Origin: Escherichia phage EC6
DNA: 64,000 bases
Sequence record: JX560968
Reading direction: 5' to 3' (one strand)
In this document: one piece after another, positions 44,130-53,769 of the stretch
Numbering within the stretch: position 1 is the first letter of the stretch
How the letters are laid out: every line of letters starts with the position of its first letter
Program-made: the position numbers and the translations under genes
Notes under the pieces: model-generated
Database searches by the model: none
Told to the model about the DNA's origin: nothing
The model's input: only the letters and a program-made list of their open reading frames with translations

Positions 44130-45077
44130 TGTAGAGCATTTTTATCACCATACCATAACGAATATGGCGAAGAGTTTTATGTAGGTCGTGCTAACATCGG
44201 TGCTGTTTCTTTGAACTTACCAATGATTTACCAGTATTCTAAAGAGAATGGTTTAGATTTCTGGAAGGAGCTTGATAAGTACCTAGAGATGATTCGCAGC
44301 TTCCACAAGAAACGCTACGAAATGATTGCTAACATGCCAGCAAGTTCTAACCCTCTGGCATTCACACAAGGTGGTCTGTACAAAGGGACTAAGAAACCTA
44401 CTGACAAGGTTGGTTGGGATATCGTGAAGTCCTTCACAGCTTCTTTTGGGGTTACTGCGCTTGATGAACTATCTGTTCTTGCTGAAGGTAAACGACTTCA
44501 TGAAGTTGGAAGTTCTAGTTTTGCATACGATGTTCTGGCATACATTAACATGAAAACTGAAGAGTTTAAGAATGAAGATGGCTTCCTGTATGCAGTATAT
44601 GGCACTCCAGCAGAGTCATTGTGTGGAACTCAGCTAAAACAGTTCAGAGATATGTTTGGCGTTATCAAAGGCGTTTCTGATAAGGAATATTTTACAAACA
44701 GTTTCCATATGAATGTTGCAGCAGATATCTCACCATTTGAGAAGCAGGACTTAGAAGAGCCATTCTTCCATATCTGTAGAGGCGGCAGAATCCAGTATGT
44801 GAGGGTAGCTAACCCAGAAAACTTACCAGCACTTAAAAGTTGTATTACAAGAGGGATGTTGAAAGGCTTTTATCAGGGACTTAACTTTGACTTAGCAATC
44901 TGCGAACATTGTGGCAACAGGCCAAAGGCTGATGTTGAAGAATGTGAGGTTTGCCATTCACATGACATCTCTGTGATTAACAGAGTGTGTGGATATCTTG
45001 GGTGGACTAAGATTAAAGGTGAATCCCGAATGAATGATGCAAAAATTGCTGAGATTCGTGATAGGGTTTCTATGTAA
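44130..45077 (+). CDS. nrdD: anaerobic ribonucleoside-triphosphate reductase, exon 2
   Basis: Begins CRAFLSPYHNEYGEEFYVGRANIGAVSLNLP; C-terminal zinc ribbon CEHCG...CEVCH and glycyl-radical motif RVCGYLG; spliced product about 714 aa. Confidence 0.75.
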   Translation, partial: CRAFLSPYHNEYGEEFYVGRANIGAVSLNLPMIYQYSKENGLDFWKELDKYLEMIRSFHKKRYEMIANMPASSNPLAFTQGGLYKGTKKPTDKVGWDIVKSFTASFGVTALDELSVLAEGKRLHEVGSSSFAYDVLAYINMKTEEFKNEDGFLYAVYGTPAESLCGTQLKQFRDMFGVIKGVSDKEYFTNSFHMNVAADISPFEKQDLEEPFFHICRGGRIQYVRVANPENLPALKSCITRGMLKGFYQGLNFDLAICEHCGNRPKADVEECEVCHSHDISVINRVCGYLGWTKIKGESRMNDAKIAEIRDRVSM

Positions 45078-45087
45078 AACTTGACAA

Positions 45088-45126
45088 GGTGGTGTGAGTC
45101 TTGATAGGCTTACATCACCTTTTTAT
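45088..45126 (+). terminator. rho-independent terminator
   Basis: GGTGGTGTGAG...CTTACATCACC stem (11 bp incl. two G-U) then TTTTTATT. Confidence 0.5.
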
Positions 45127-45230
45127 TGGATGTTAGATATGGCAGAGAGCATCATTGGCCTGTTCATAGGTTCTGTCTTACTGGGGTTCTTTTTAGGACT
45201 CTCTTATTGTGAGTTGAGAGATAAGTTAAA

Positions 45231-45431
45231 ATGTTTAAAATATCAAAAACGTTGATATACATACTTCACATTCTAATCTTCTTCTTTGGAGTTAGCGTTA
45301 TGGTATGGGGTTTTTCAGACCCACAATGGAGTTTCACATATCATGGTCAGATGGATTTATGGTCATGCTTCAAACCATTTTTAGGGTTAGCTATAGCATT
45401 CAGTGCATTGCCAGCTAAGGTGAAATTATGA
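45231..45431 (+). CDS. small membrane protein
   Basis: 66 aa, two hydrophobic segments. Confidence 0.3.
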   Translation: MFKISKTLIYILHILIFFFGVSVMVWGFSDPQWSFTYHGQMDLWSCFKPFLGLAIAFSALPAKVKL

Positions 45432-45537
45432 TTAAGTTGAACAAAAACAGTTAGAGTGGATTAAAGATTACGCCTCAGAGTGTGGCTCTTGCGAAAAGAA
45501 TCACGTAAGATACTCAACATTTCATACGGTCTTCACA

Positions 45538-45822
45538 TTGTACATAGGTGACAACGTTCTAAGTGATTCCGTAGAAGATGGTGTAGCGTTGCCTAAGGAA
45601 TTGCTTGACAAATTAGCTATAGTCACTGGAACTTGGTCTGAAGAAGACGGTCATGAATTATTTGACAATGTTGTCTTCTACAACATTGAAAATATTATGA
45701 ATCCAGAGTACATTATGCTAATGACTTGTGCACAAGACTGTGTGCCATTACAAAACTTCATTAAAGAACACTGTGAAGAATTTATTACTAAACAAGTTCC
45801 TTGTCATGTGGTGTTTGAATGA
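45538..45822 (+). CDS. hypothetical Cys-containing protein (possibly starts at ATG 45428 with a frame change at A5 run 45443-45447)
   Basis: Frame is open upstream to 45433; ATG 45428 overlaps previous stop but is in another frame. Confidence 0.25.
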   Translation: MYIGDNVLSDSVEDGVALPKELLDKLAIVTGTWSEEDGHELFDNVVFYNIENIMNPEYIMLMTCAQDCVPLQNFIKEHCEEFITKQVPCHVVFE

Positions 45823-45857
45823 GTAAAAGGCTTAAATAATATTGGTGAGGTAACTAG

Positions 45858-46342
45858 ATGAATTACATGGAGATTAGACCATTTGACACAGCTAATGGTG
45901 AAGGGGTTCGTGTAAGCCTCTTCGTAGCTGGCTGCAAACATCACTGTGAAGGCTGCTTTAACAGGGAGTCTTGGAAATTTAATGCTGGTAAAGAGTTTAC
46001 TTATGCAAACCTCTATGGCATCATCAAGTTAATGGATGATAATGCTATCAGTGGGCTGTCAATACTTGGTGGGGAGCCTCTGGATGATAGAAACATTCAA
46101 GACGTTACCAATATATGTAAACGTATTAAAACTGTTTACCCAGAAAAATCTATATGGCTTTGGACAGGTTTTCAGTTACACGAAAAATCCACCTCGATGT
46201 GATGAAATATGTTGACGTGGTGATTGATGGTAAGTATGATTCTTCTAAACCAACAGTTAAACCTTATCGTGGTTCTGATAACCAAAACCTCTGGAGAAAA
46301 GAGTATGGATGGCAAGGTGATTGTCAATGGCGAGCAGAATGA
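45858..46342 (+). CDS. nrdG: anaerobic ribonucleotide reductase activating protein (radical SAM), frame interrupted at A5 run 46184-46188
   Basis: N-terminal half has CKHHCEGC (CxxxCxxC) and IWLWTGFQLHE; -1 frame continues KIHLDVMKYVDVVIDGKYD...RGSDNQNLW, matching NrdG C-terminus. Confidence 0.65.
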
Positions 46343-46580
46343 TTATTCTGGTAAGTGGACTTACGACATTAACAAGTTAGATGCTTGGATGATTTATACG
46401 AGAGAAAAATTTGGTGAACGTTCATTATGTGCTCTTGCAACGATGGTGAAGAACGTTACCTTTGTCATAAACGAGTCAGATAAGTTTGGAGACTTCTACA
46501 GGATTCAAAACATCAGAGAAGGTATAACTCCAATCGGTATCACTGAAGAAGAACTTCATAAGTTCTGTATTAAACTTTAA
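46305..46580 (+). CDS. hypothetical protein
   Basis: ATG 46305 with GGAG RBS; 91 aa. Confidence 0.3.
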   Translation: MDGKVIVNGEQNDYSGKWTYDINKLDAWMIYTREKFGERSLCALATMVKNVTFVINESDKFGDFYRIQNIREGITPIGITEEELHKFCIKL

Positions 46581-46595
46581 TGAGAGAGACTAAAA

Positions 46596-46862
46596 ATGGG
46601 AATTTTAGGTAATATGAAAGCTGGCTTTTTGAAGGCACTGGCAAAAGCAGCAGCAATCATTGCTATGACTGGGAAGCAGGTTGGTGTAGATGCTTCAGCA
46701 ATTGCACAAGTTCTTGCAAGCCAAATTGAACAGCAGCCTTACATCCACGTTGGACGTGGTAAAGGTGGTAAAAAACAAGCACATCGACCAACTGGTGCAG
46801 CAGCAATTAAACGTGCAGCTAAAAAAGCTAGTAACCATAAACGTAACAAGAAGGCTAAATAA
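46596..46862 (+). CDS. hypothetical basic protein
   Basis: 88 aa, Lys/Ala-rich C-terminus. Confidence 0.3.
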   Translation: MGILGNMKAGFLKALAKAAAIIAMTGKQVGVDASAIAQVLASQIEQQPYIHVGRGKGGKKQAHRPTGAAAIKRAAKKASNHKRNKKAK

Positions 46863-46864
46863 TC

Positions 46865-47185
46865 ATGAGCAAAGTTTATAACACTCGTAAATTACAGATT
46901 TTCGTACTGTGCCAGTTTATGGCTAAAGAGTATAACTACTACTATTGTGGTACAGGATTCATTAGTGATAATGACGGCTCATATCTACCATTCAAAGAGG
47001 CTGTAAAACTCTTCAATGAAGAGAAAAGCTCTAAGAAAGATATTGAAAAGGTTAAGCTAACCTACAGTAAGAAAGATAAGAAGATTATCTGCCTAGATAA
47101 CTTTGTGAAAGTTACTGGAGAAGCAAAAGAGTTTATGGATGAGAGTGAAATCTCATTCACAAGCATCTTGAAAGTAGCTCAGTAA
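46865..47185 (+). CDS. hypothetical protein
   Basis: 106-aa ORF. Confidence 0.3.
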   Translation: MSKVYNTRKLQIFVLCQFMAKEYNYYYCGTGFISDNDGSYLPFKEAVKLFNEEKSSKKDIEKVKLTYSKKDKKIICLDNFVKVTGEAKEFMDESEISFTSILKVAQ

Positions 47186-47197
47186 ACAGATACTATA

Positions 47198-47230
47198 AGG
47201 GGACTGTAAAGGTTCCCTTTTTATTTTTAT
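47198..47230 (+). terminator. rho-independent terminator
   Basis: AAGGGGAC...GTTCCCTT hairpin then TTTTTATTTTTAT. Confidence 0.5.
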
Positions 47231-47239
47231 GGAGATACT

Positions 47240-47755
47240 ATGTACCTGTCAAACCTGAAACGTTCGGCTGCAATGTCAGTTCTAAGACTCAGCTTTGAGG
47301 AACGTCAAGAGTTCATTGACTCCCACCAATATGACCCTTCCAACTCCAATCACATGATTCTCTGGAATCGTGAGAGTACTCGTGAAAGAGCATTATTCCG
47401 ATATTACCCATACTACACCATAGACAACCTGTATGAATGTTTTGTTGTGAAGAACACCATTACAGTACTCAATAAACTTTGCAGATACACAGGTAGTCAA
47501 TCCTTCACATTAGGCCACCACAAACCTGTTACAAAGGGTGGTGAGCATCACTGTGCAAACTGGTTTATCCAGACTAAACTTGATAATCAGAAGCAAGGAG
47601 ATAGTCTTTTAAGCACCTCTAAGATGACCTATGAAGAGCAAGAGAAATATATCAAAAATAATATGCCAGATGTGCTTGACAACAACTATACAGATTTGGC
47701 AATATCTCTCCTGTTGAAGTTCGAGACAGTTTATAGGGCAACTTATAATGGCTAA
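47240..47755 (+). CDS. HNH-motif nuclease-like protein (putative)
   Basis: LGHHKPVTKGGEHHCANWFIQTKLDNQKQGD resembles an HNH core. Confidence 0.35.
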   Translation: MYLSNLKRSAAMSVLRLSFEERQEFIDSHQYDPSNSNHMILWNRESTRERALFRYYPYYTIDNLYECFVVKNTITVLNKLCRYTGSQSFTLGHHKPVTKGGEHHCANWFIQTKLDNQKQGDSLLSTSKMTYEEQEKYIKNNMPDVLDNNYTDLAISLLLKFETVYRATYNG

Positions 47756-48026
47756 AGAAAAGTGGGAGATTTTACCATTAGTCAGTGAAGGAGGTAATGG
47801 TTGTGAAATGTACATGATACGTGGTCATGTTCCAGAGCCAATTGCACTTGAGATGGTAAACAACTTTACAGATGGTTCTTACAAAGACTTAGGCGAACCA
47901 ACTGTCAAGCAACAATGGGTTAAACCTGTACCAGACAGCACAGGTAACTGTAGTGTACTTTATCACGTTGTAGACCCTGCAAAATGCAAATCTGCAATGG
48001 CAGTAACAAACGTAACTTTTGATTGA
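47748..48026 (+). CDS. hypothetical protein
   Basis: 92-aa ORF. Confidence 0.3.
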   Translation: MAKEKWEILPLVSEGGNGCEMYMIRGHVPEPIALEMVNNFTDGSYKDLGEPTVKQQWVKPVPDSTGNCSVLYHVVDPAKCKSAMAVTNVTFD

Positions 48027-48037
48027 GAGAGAAAACT

Positions 48038-48919
48038 ATGAAAACATCTATCCGTGTTACAGTTCATTCACCAACTAAAGGGACTCATGAAGAAGAGTTT
48101 AACATCGTCCAATTCCCTTCTGGTGAGATTGGTGGACACTTTTCGCCAGAGTTTGTTGATTTTACTGCTTATGCAGCATCATCCATCAACAATGTGATTA
48201 TGATTGTAAAAGGTTATGACAAGGACACATTGTTTGCTGTGGCACTTGCTAAAGAAGCAATTGATGATTTAATTCCTCATGATTATGCTTTAAAGACTGT
48301 CATCTTTTACTACTTACCAAATGCACGATATGACCGTCACATGTTTAAAGGTGACGCAGCAGCTTTAAAGGTTTTTGCTAAACAGATTAATGCAATGGGA
48401 TTTGGCGCAGTCTGTGCAGTTGACCCTCACAGCTATGTACCAGATAACCTGTTTAACTGCTTCCAGAGTATTCCTCAAAAGGAGATTGCAGTTCACTATG
48501 CAAATGACCCACTGGTTGATTACTTAGTAGCCCCAGATGCAGGTGCTGCTAAGAAGGTTGCAGAGACCGCTAAAGAGGTGGATAAACCATATATCACAAT
48601 GTCTAAGGTGCGTAACCTTAAGACTGGTGAAATTACTGGTATGCGAATCCTTGATGATGTTGATTTGACAGATAAAACCGTCATGATTCTGGATGATATC
48701 TGTGATGGTGGTCGAACCTTCATAGAAGCAGCTAAGCATCTCCGTGAAGCAGGTGCAAAACGTGTGGAACTCTATGTAACACATGGTATCTTCTCTAAAG
48801 ATGTTGAAAACCTTCTTGACAATGGCATTGACCACATCTACACTACAAACTCTTTAGGGGAAGCTAAAGACCGTGGCTTAACACATTATAGCCAAGTTAC
48901 TGTAGCAAACCTTGATTAA
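48038..48919 (+). CDS. ribose-phosphate pyrophosphokinase-like protein (Prs-like; candidate ADPR-pyrophosphate synthetase)
   Basis: PRPP-synthetase-type nucleotide-binding loop VMILDDICDGGRT; about 293 aa; directly upstream of NAMPT-like gene. Confidence 0.6.
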   Translation: MKTSIRVTVHSPTKGTHEEEFNIVQFPSGEIGGHFSPEFVDFTAYAASSINNVIMIVKGYDKDTLFAVALAKEAIDDLIPHDYALKTVIFYYLPNARYDRHMFKGDAAALKVFAKQINAMGFGAVCAVDPHSYVPDNLFNCFQSIPQKEIAVHYANDPLVDYLVAPDAGAAKKVAETAKEVDKPYITMSKVRNLKTGEITGMRILDDVDLTDKTVMILDDICDGGRTFIEAAKHLREAGAKRVELYVTHGIFSKDVENLLDNGIDHIYTTNSLGEAKDRGLTHYSQVTVANLD

Positions 48920-48928
48920 AACTTTATA

Positions 48929-48950
48929 GGGGGCTTCAAAGCCCCATTTT
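48929..48950 (+). terminator. hairpin with short U-tract (weak terminator/attenuator) between Prs-like and NAMPT-like genes
   Basis: GGGGC-TTCAAA-GCCCC then ATTTTG. Confidence 0.4.
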
Positions 48951-48965
48951 GAGAGAGATTAAAAG

Positions 48966-50747
48966 ATGACTAAATCACTTTATGCAGTACCAGCAGGTCT
49001 TAATGCAGATGCTTACAAGGCATCACATATATATCAGTATCCAGATGTCACACAGTACCTTATGCTGAACCTGACACCACGTAGTGATAAATGGTTTAAC
49101 AGCCCTTTAGCAATTGATGGTGTAGTAGCTTTTGGTATTCAACGTTTTATTAAAGATTACTTGATAGACCACTGGAATGCCACCTTCTTTGGACGTGACA
49201 AAAAAGAAGTAATTGACGAAATCTTAGAAGTCATGAACGGTGTTCTGGGTAAAGATGCTATTGGTCGAGAACATTGGGAAGCACTTCACGACTTAGGTTA
49301 TCTACCAGTTGAAGTATACGCTGTAGAAGAAGGTACAGTTGTCCCTATGCGTGTACCAATGATTGTCTTCCAGAACACTGTTTCAGGTTTCCATTGGGTA
49401 GCAGGGTATCTAGAAGATGCTTTCTCTGCTGAGATTTGGAAGGCTTGTACCATTGCAACTATTGCATTGCACTACAAACGTATCTGTAAGAAGTGGTCTG
49501 ACCTTACTTGTGATAACGACTTACATTTGCCTTATCAGTGCCATGACTTTGCTATGCGTGGTATGTCCGGCTTTACTGATGACGCATTTAACGCTGTAGG
49601 CCACTTAACCAGCTTTAAAGGTACTGACAGTTTCCCTACTGTGTATACGGCTAAACGAATCTATGGACAGTCCTACCCAATCTCTGATATTGGCAGCTCT
49701 GTACCAGCCACTGAACACTCTGTAATGTGTGCAAACATTGCTTGGGAAGGTGGTAATGAGTTGATTGAAGAAGAAAGACGCTTTAAAGGTGAGTTACAAA
49801 CCTTCCGTCGTTTCTTAACAGAAACTTACCCAACTGGTATTGCAAGTGTTGTTTCAGACACTTATAATTTCTGGAGAACTGTATCAGAAATCTTACCAGC
49901 GCTTCGTAAAGAGATTATGGAACGTGATGGCAAACTGGTCATCCGTCCTGACTCTGGTGACCCTGTACATATTGTCACAGGTTATAAAGCAATCCACTTA
50001 GAGTGTGCTAAAAAGGCTTATTATGAACATCTTAGCAAGCTGGAAGCTAGTGATACAATGCTGAATGCTGTTCTGAACATGAAGCTTGAAAACATCAGCT
50101 ATGGTATTGCTGGATGGCTACTGTCAGAAGGCTACGAAATGGTTGTTGACCGAGAAGACTTTGAAGTTGCTGATACAGTGATGTTGAAAAATGCTTATAT
50201 GGTTGGCTCTGCAAACGTTGTAACACGTCCTGTAGCAGAGATTGATGGAGCTATTAAGACCCTGTACAACATCTTCGGAGGGACTATCAACTCTAAAGGT
50301 TTTAAGGTACTGGATGAGCACATTGGACTTATCTATGGTGACTCTATCACGTTGGAACGTGCAAACGAAATCCTGAAGCGTCTGTATGAAATGGGTTTTG
50401 CAAGCTCTAACGTAGTTTTTGGTGTAGGTTCTTACACTTATCAGTATATGACTCGTGACACCTTTGCATTTGCTGTTAAAGCAACTCTTGCAAGCATCGG
50501 TGGTAAAGAGATTATGCTTGCAAAAGACCCTAAAACAGATAGTGGTGTTAAGAAATCTGCCTTTGGTGGTGTAGCACCTATGTGGGATGGTGATAAGCTG
50601 AAAGCTGTAGATGGCTACGGATTCCAGAGTTTTGCAGATGTACTTGACCACCCAGCTTGTGCTTTACGTTTAGTCTTTAGTGACTCTGAGCAGTTTGGTT
50701 ACACAACTCTTGGTGATATTCGAAATAATATTGACAAGCAGCTTTAA
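48966..50747 (+). CDS. nicotinamide phosphoribosyltransferase-family protein (NAMPT/NadV-like; candidate nicotinamide ADPR transferase)
   Basis: NAMPT signatures IRPDSGDPV, GLIYGDS, NVVFGVGSYTYQ; 593 aa. Confidence 0.65.
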   Translation: MTKSLYAVPAGLNADAYKASHIYQYPDVTQYLMLNLTPRSDKWFNSPLAIDGVVAFGIQRFIKDYLIDHWNATFFGRDKKEVIDEILEVMNGVLGKDAIGREHWEALHDLGYLPVEVYAVEEGTVVPMRVPMIVFQNTVSGFHWVAGYLEDAFSAEIWKACTIATIALHYKRICKKWSDLTCDNDLHLPYQCHDFAMRGMSGFTDDAFNAVGHLTSFKGTDSFPTVYTAKRIYGQSYPISDIGSSVPATEHSVMCANIAWEGGNELIEEERRFKGELQTFRRFLTETYPTGIASVVSDTYNFWRTVSEILPALRKEIMERDGKLVIRPDSGDPVHIVTGYKAIHLECAKKAYYEHLSKLEASDTMLNAVLNMKLENISYGIAGWLLSEGYEMVVDREDFEVADTVMLKNAYMVGSANVVTRPVAEIDGAIKTLYNIFGGTINSKGFKVLDEHIGLIYGDSITLERANEILKRLYEMGFASSNVVFGVGSYTYQYMTRDTFAFAVKATLASIGGKEIMLAKDPKTDSGVKKSAFGGVAPMWDGDKLKAVDGYGFQSFADVLDHPACALRLVFSDSEQFGYTTLGDIRNNIDKQL

Positions 50748-50761
50748 AAGTATATGATAAG

Positions 50762-50784
50762 AGGCTCCTACGGGAGCCTTTTTA
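50762..50784 (+). terminator. rho-independent terminator
   Basis: AGGCTCC-TAC-GGGAGCCT then TTTTAATTT. Confidence 0.6.
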
Positions 50785-50800
50785 ATTTCTGGAGAAGACT

Positions 50801-51136
50801 ATGAAAATCAAAGAGATGAACATTAACATTGTCCTAGAAGAACGCTGGGATAACATCAAGAAGCCTGAAAATGGTCATAAGTTCCTCAACAAAATCTTAG
50901 TAGCAGCTAAAGAAGAACTGACTGGCAAGGTTGCAGCGGCAATCACAATAAAGGTCTGTGTAAAAGGTCTTCCAGATAATCACCAATTTGCACTTGACGA
51001 GTTTAAAGAAAGCTTCTACAATCCAAACAAACAGATGCTTGAAAGTAACTTTGCAGTATCTACAAGTATCGTCCATGACAGAAGCTTTATCCTTTACAAA
51101 AATATGAGAGGTGAGTCATGCAAGCATATTGGATAG
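50801..51136 (+). CDS. hypothetical protein
   Basis: 111-aa ORF. Confidence 0.3.
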   Translation: MKIKEMNINIVLEERWDNIKKPENGHKFLNKILVAAKEELTGKVAAAITIKVCVKGLPDNHQFALDEFKESFYNPNKQMLESNFAVSTSIVHDRSFILYKNMRGESCKHIG

Positions 51137-51294
51137 AAATTTTACTGTCACTTGGTAGTGTAGCAGTATTTGTTTACCTTCTTTGCAAGTACTATGCAGA
51201 GTACAAAAAATGTGACTACTGTAATGGGGAAGGTTATACAAGAGCAGGTTGTTGCCCTATGTGTGGTGGTTCTGGTAAAATGTTTAACAAGTAA
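51118..51294 (+). CDS. small membrane protein with DnaJ-type zinc finger (58 aa), not in ORF track
   Basis: MQAYWIEILLSLGSVAVFVYLLC (TM) followed by CDYCNGEG...CPMCGGSG (CxxCxGxG repeats). Confidence 0.3.
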   Translation: MQAYWIEILLSLGSVAVFVYLLCKYYAEYKKCDYCNGEGYTRAGCCPMCGGSGKMFNK

Positions 51295-51322
51295 TTTAAC
51301 AGTAAACTAAGAGGAAAGTATT

Positions 51323-53690
51323 ATGCGCATGGTAAACGACCACGCAGAAGTGATTAAGAGTTCAACTTCTTTAGAGACGTCTCAGGCACAGATTACAATG
51401 ACACCTGAAATGTTCAGCCTTTTGAGTTCTGGTGTATATACCTTTAAAGAAAGGGCAGTCATTCGTGAACTGTCATGTAACGCAGTAGATGCTCAGAAAG
51501 AAGCTGGAAAAGAGAACATCCCTTTCCATGTGCATTTACCTACTCGTTTTGAGCCTTACTTTGAAGTTCGTGATTTTGGAACTGGATTGACTCATGATAA
51601 AGTTATGAGTTTGTATCTAAACTACGGGGCTTCTACGAAGAATGACTCTAATGACTACATTGGTGCAATGGGTATCGGCTCAAAATCTCCATTTGCAATT
51701 GCTCAGTCATTCACAGTATCTAGCTATGTTGATGGTGTTGTTAATAAGTACTCTGTTTATCTTGAGAATGGTATCCCTCAAGTAACTAAGCTGACTACTA
51801 ACCCAATAAAAGAACCTAATGGTTTAGCTGTACGTGTAGCAGTTGCTGACCATCGTATCTCAAAGTTCTTTGAAGAGGCTGGTCACGTATACTCATACTT
51901 TGCTGTAAAACCAGAAAGTAATATCGAGTATGACGATATATTAGCAGATATGAACGTCATTGCCCGTGAAGAAGGTGTTTATGATGCCATGATTCATAAG
52001 CAAAGCTGGCGTTCTAGTGGTAACAGGACAGAGTTTAATGTGGTGATGGGTAATATTGCCTATCCAGTGAACATGGAAGCATTACTTGGTGATGATTTCT
52101 TCAAAGTATTGCCAGAATTTTTCCGTAGGAGCGTAGACCTTGTAAACATCTACATGCCTATTGGTTCAGTTGCTATTGCAGCTTCTCGTGAAGCATTGCA
52201 GATGAATGACACGACAAAAAACTGTTATCATTGAGGCTACTAAAAAGATAACTGAAGCAATTACAAAGGATGTTATCAAGAAAGTTAACAGTCAACCTAC
52301 ACTTATGGATGCTGCACAGGCTTATGCTGAGTTACGTTTGAACTCACGAGAGATGTTTAATGCTGTGTGTCCAAAGCTAGAGTGGGGTGGTGTTAAGCTT
52401 GATTCTCTGGAAGAAGAATTACTAAACATTCGTCGTGGAATTATCTACGCAGAAGACGGCTCAGTTATCTATGAACGTGATGGTAAAGGTAATATTAAGG
52501 TTGATAGGAACGGAAACAATATCCCTAAAGTAGATTATCTTTATAATCCAGTTGCTTATGTTAAGTTCAACTCTTTAGAAAGTAAGATTCGTGCAACAGC
52601 ACTTTCCTACACTCAAGAGGCAAGTATGTTCAATATCTTTGGCGCAATGCGTAAAAGTCAAATTGAACAGTTTTTGTTTGTTATAAACGACCGTCGCAAT
52701 AAAAATGGTACTGAGAAGACTGTAGGACGCAATCAGATTCTGCGTGGTGCATGTCGAGACTATGCCAGTGAGTCTAGTCTGTTTCACAGATACAACGGTA
52801 TCGTCTTTGTATTCTCGACTGAAAAAGAGTTAGACAACCTAATCAATCTGCACAAACTTGATAAAAGCTTGTTAAAGATTGTGAAGATGTCTGATAAGGA
52901 ACATCATTATCAGCGTAAAGAAGCTGTAAGAGGTGTTGTAAAACTTTGGAAAGCTGTTCCAGCAGAAGGTGTAGCTTCATACAAAGAGGTGTCAGAGGAC
53001 TTAGATACGATTGAAGAACCTCAGCTTTACATTAAGGCAATTGGTGACACAGTTGATGGTGAATGTTTTTGCTCATCTCCAGAAGATGTAGCTAAGTCAG
53101 TTGCTAATGTTACAGGTAAGACAGTCTATGTTTTCCGAAAAGCAAATTGGAAAAAGATACCAGAAGATTGGATTGAAGTAGATGAGAAACTCTTGAACGA
53201 CAGCTTAACTGATGTTCACTGGATTAACCATAACAGATATATGACGCGTATCTATATGAATGGTGTCCTTGACCTTACAAGCAGTTGGATTATTGCCAGA
53301 AACTTTACATTCAATAACAGGAAGATTTCTCGTGGTTATTGCTATTCACGGGATACAAACAAAACTATCTTCCTAGAAGGAAATGAAGAGGCTGTAGAGG
53401 CAATGTTCGGTAAAATCCAATACGTTGCTGCACCGTTTGCATACACTTATACTATTAGTAGATTGCAAACTTTGAAAGAATGTCTTGACAACGATACAAA
53501 GCTGTACAAGAAAATCAAGAAAGCTGGTGACCGTATGGTCATTAAGGTGACAAACTACCTTTCAAAAAGAAAACAAGAAAACTTCTTGCTTTCTCATTTA
53601 GATTGGAATAAAGTGTCACCCATCGAAGTGAGTAAGTTCTTGGGCTTTGATGTGAAGTGTGTTCCAGAAGGGACTACAATTTACGATTAA
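51323..53690 (+). CDS. rIIA: rIIA-like protein with GHKL ATPase N-terminal domain; two overlapping ORFs (51323..52234, 52206..53690) joined by a frame change at A6 run 52216-52221
   Basis: Bergerat-fold motifs ELSCNAVDA, RDFGTGL, GAMGIGSKS; combined about 797 aa; followed by rIIB-like gene as in T4. Confidence 0.5.
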
Positions 53691-53769
53691 AGTATTTGAC
53701 AAGGGGCTTTGAAGCCCCTTAAAATAGCATCACAAAATGATTTATTAACTAACAAGAGAGAGTAATAAG

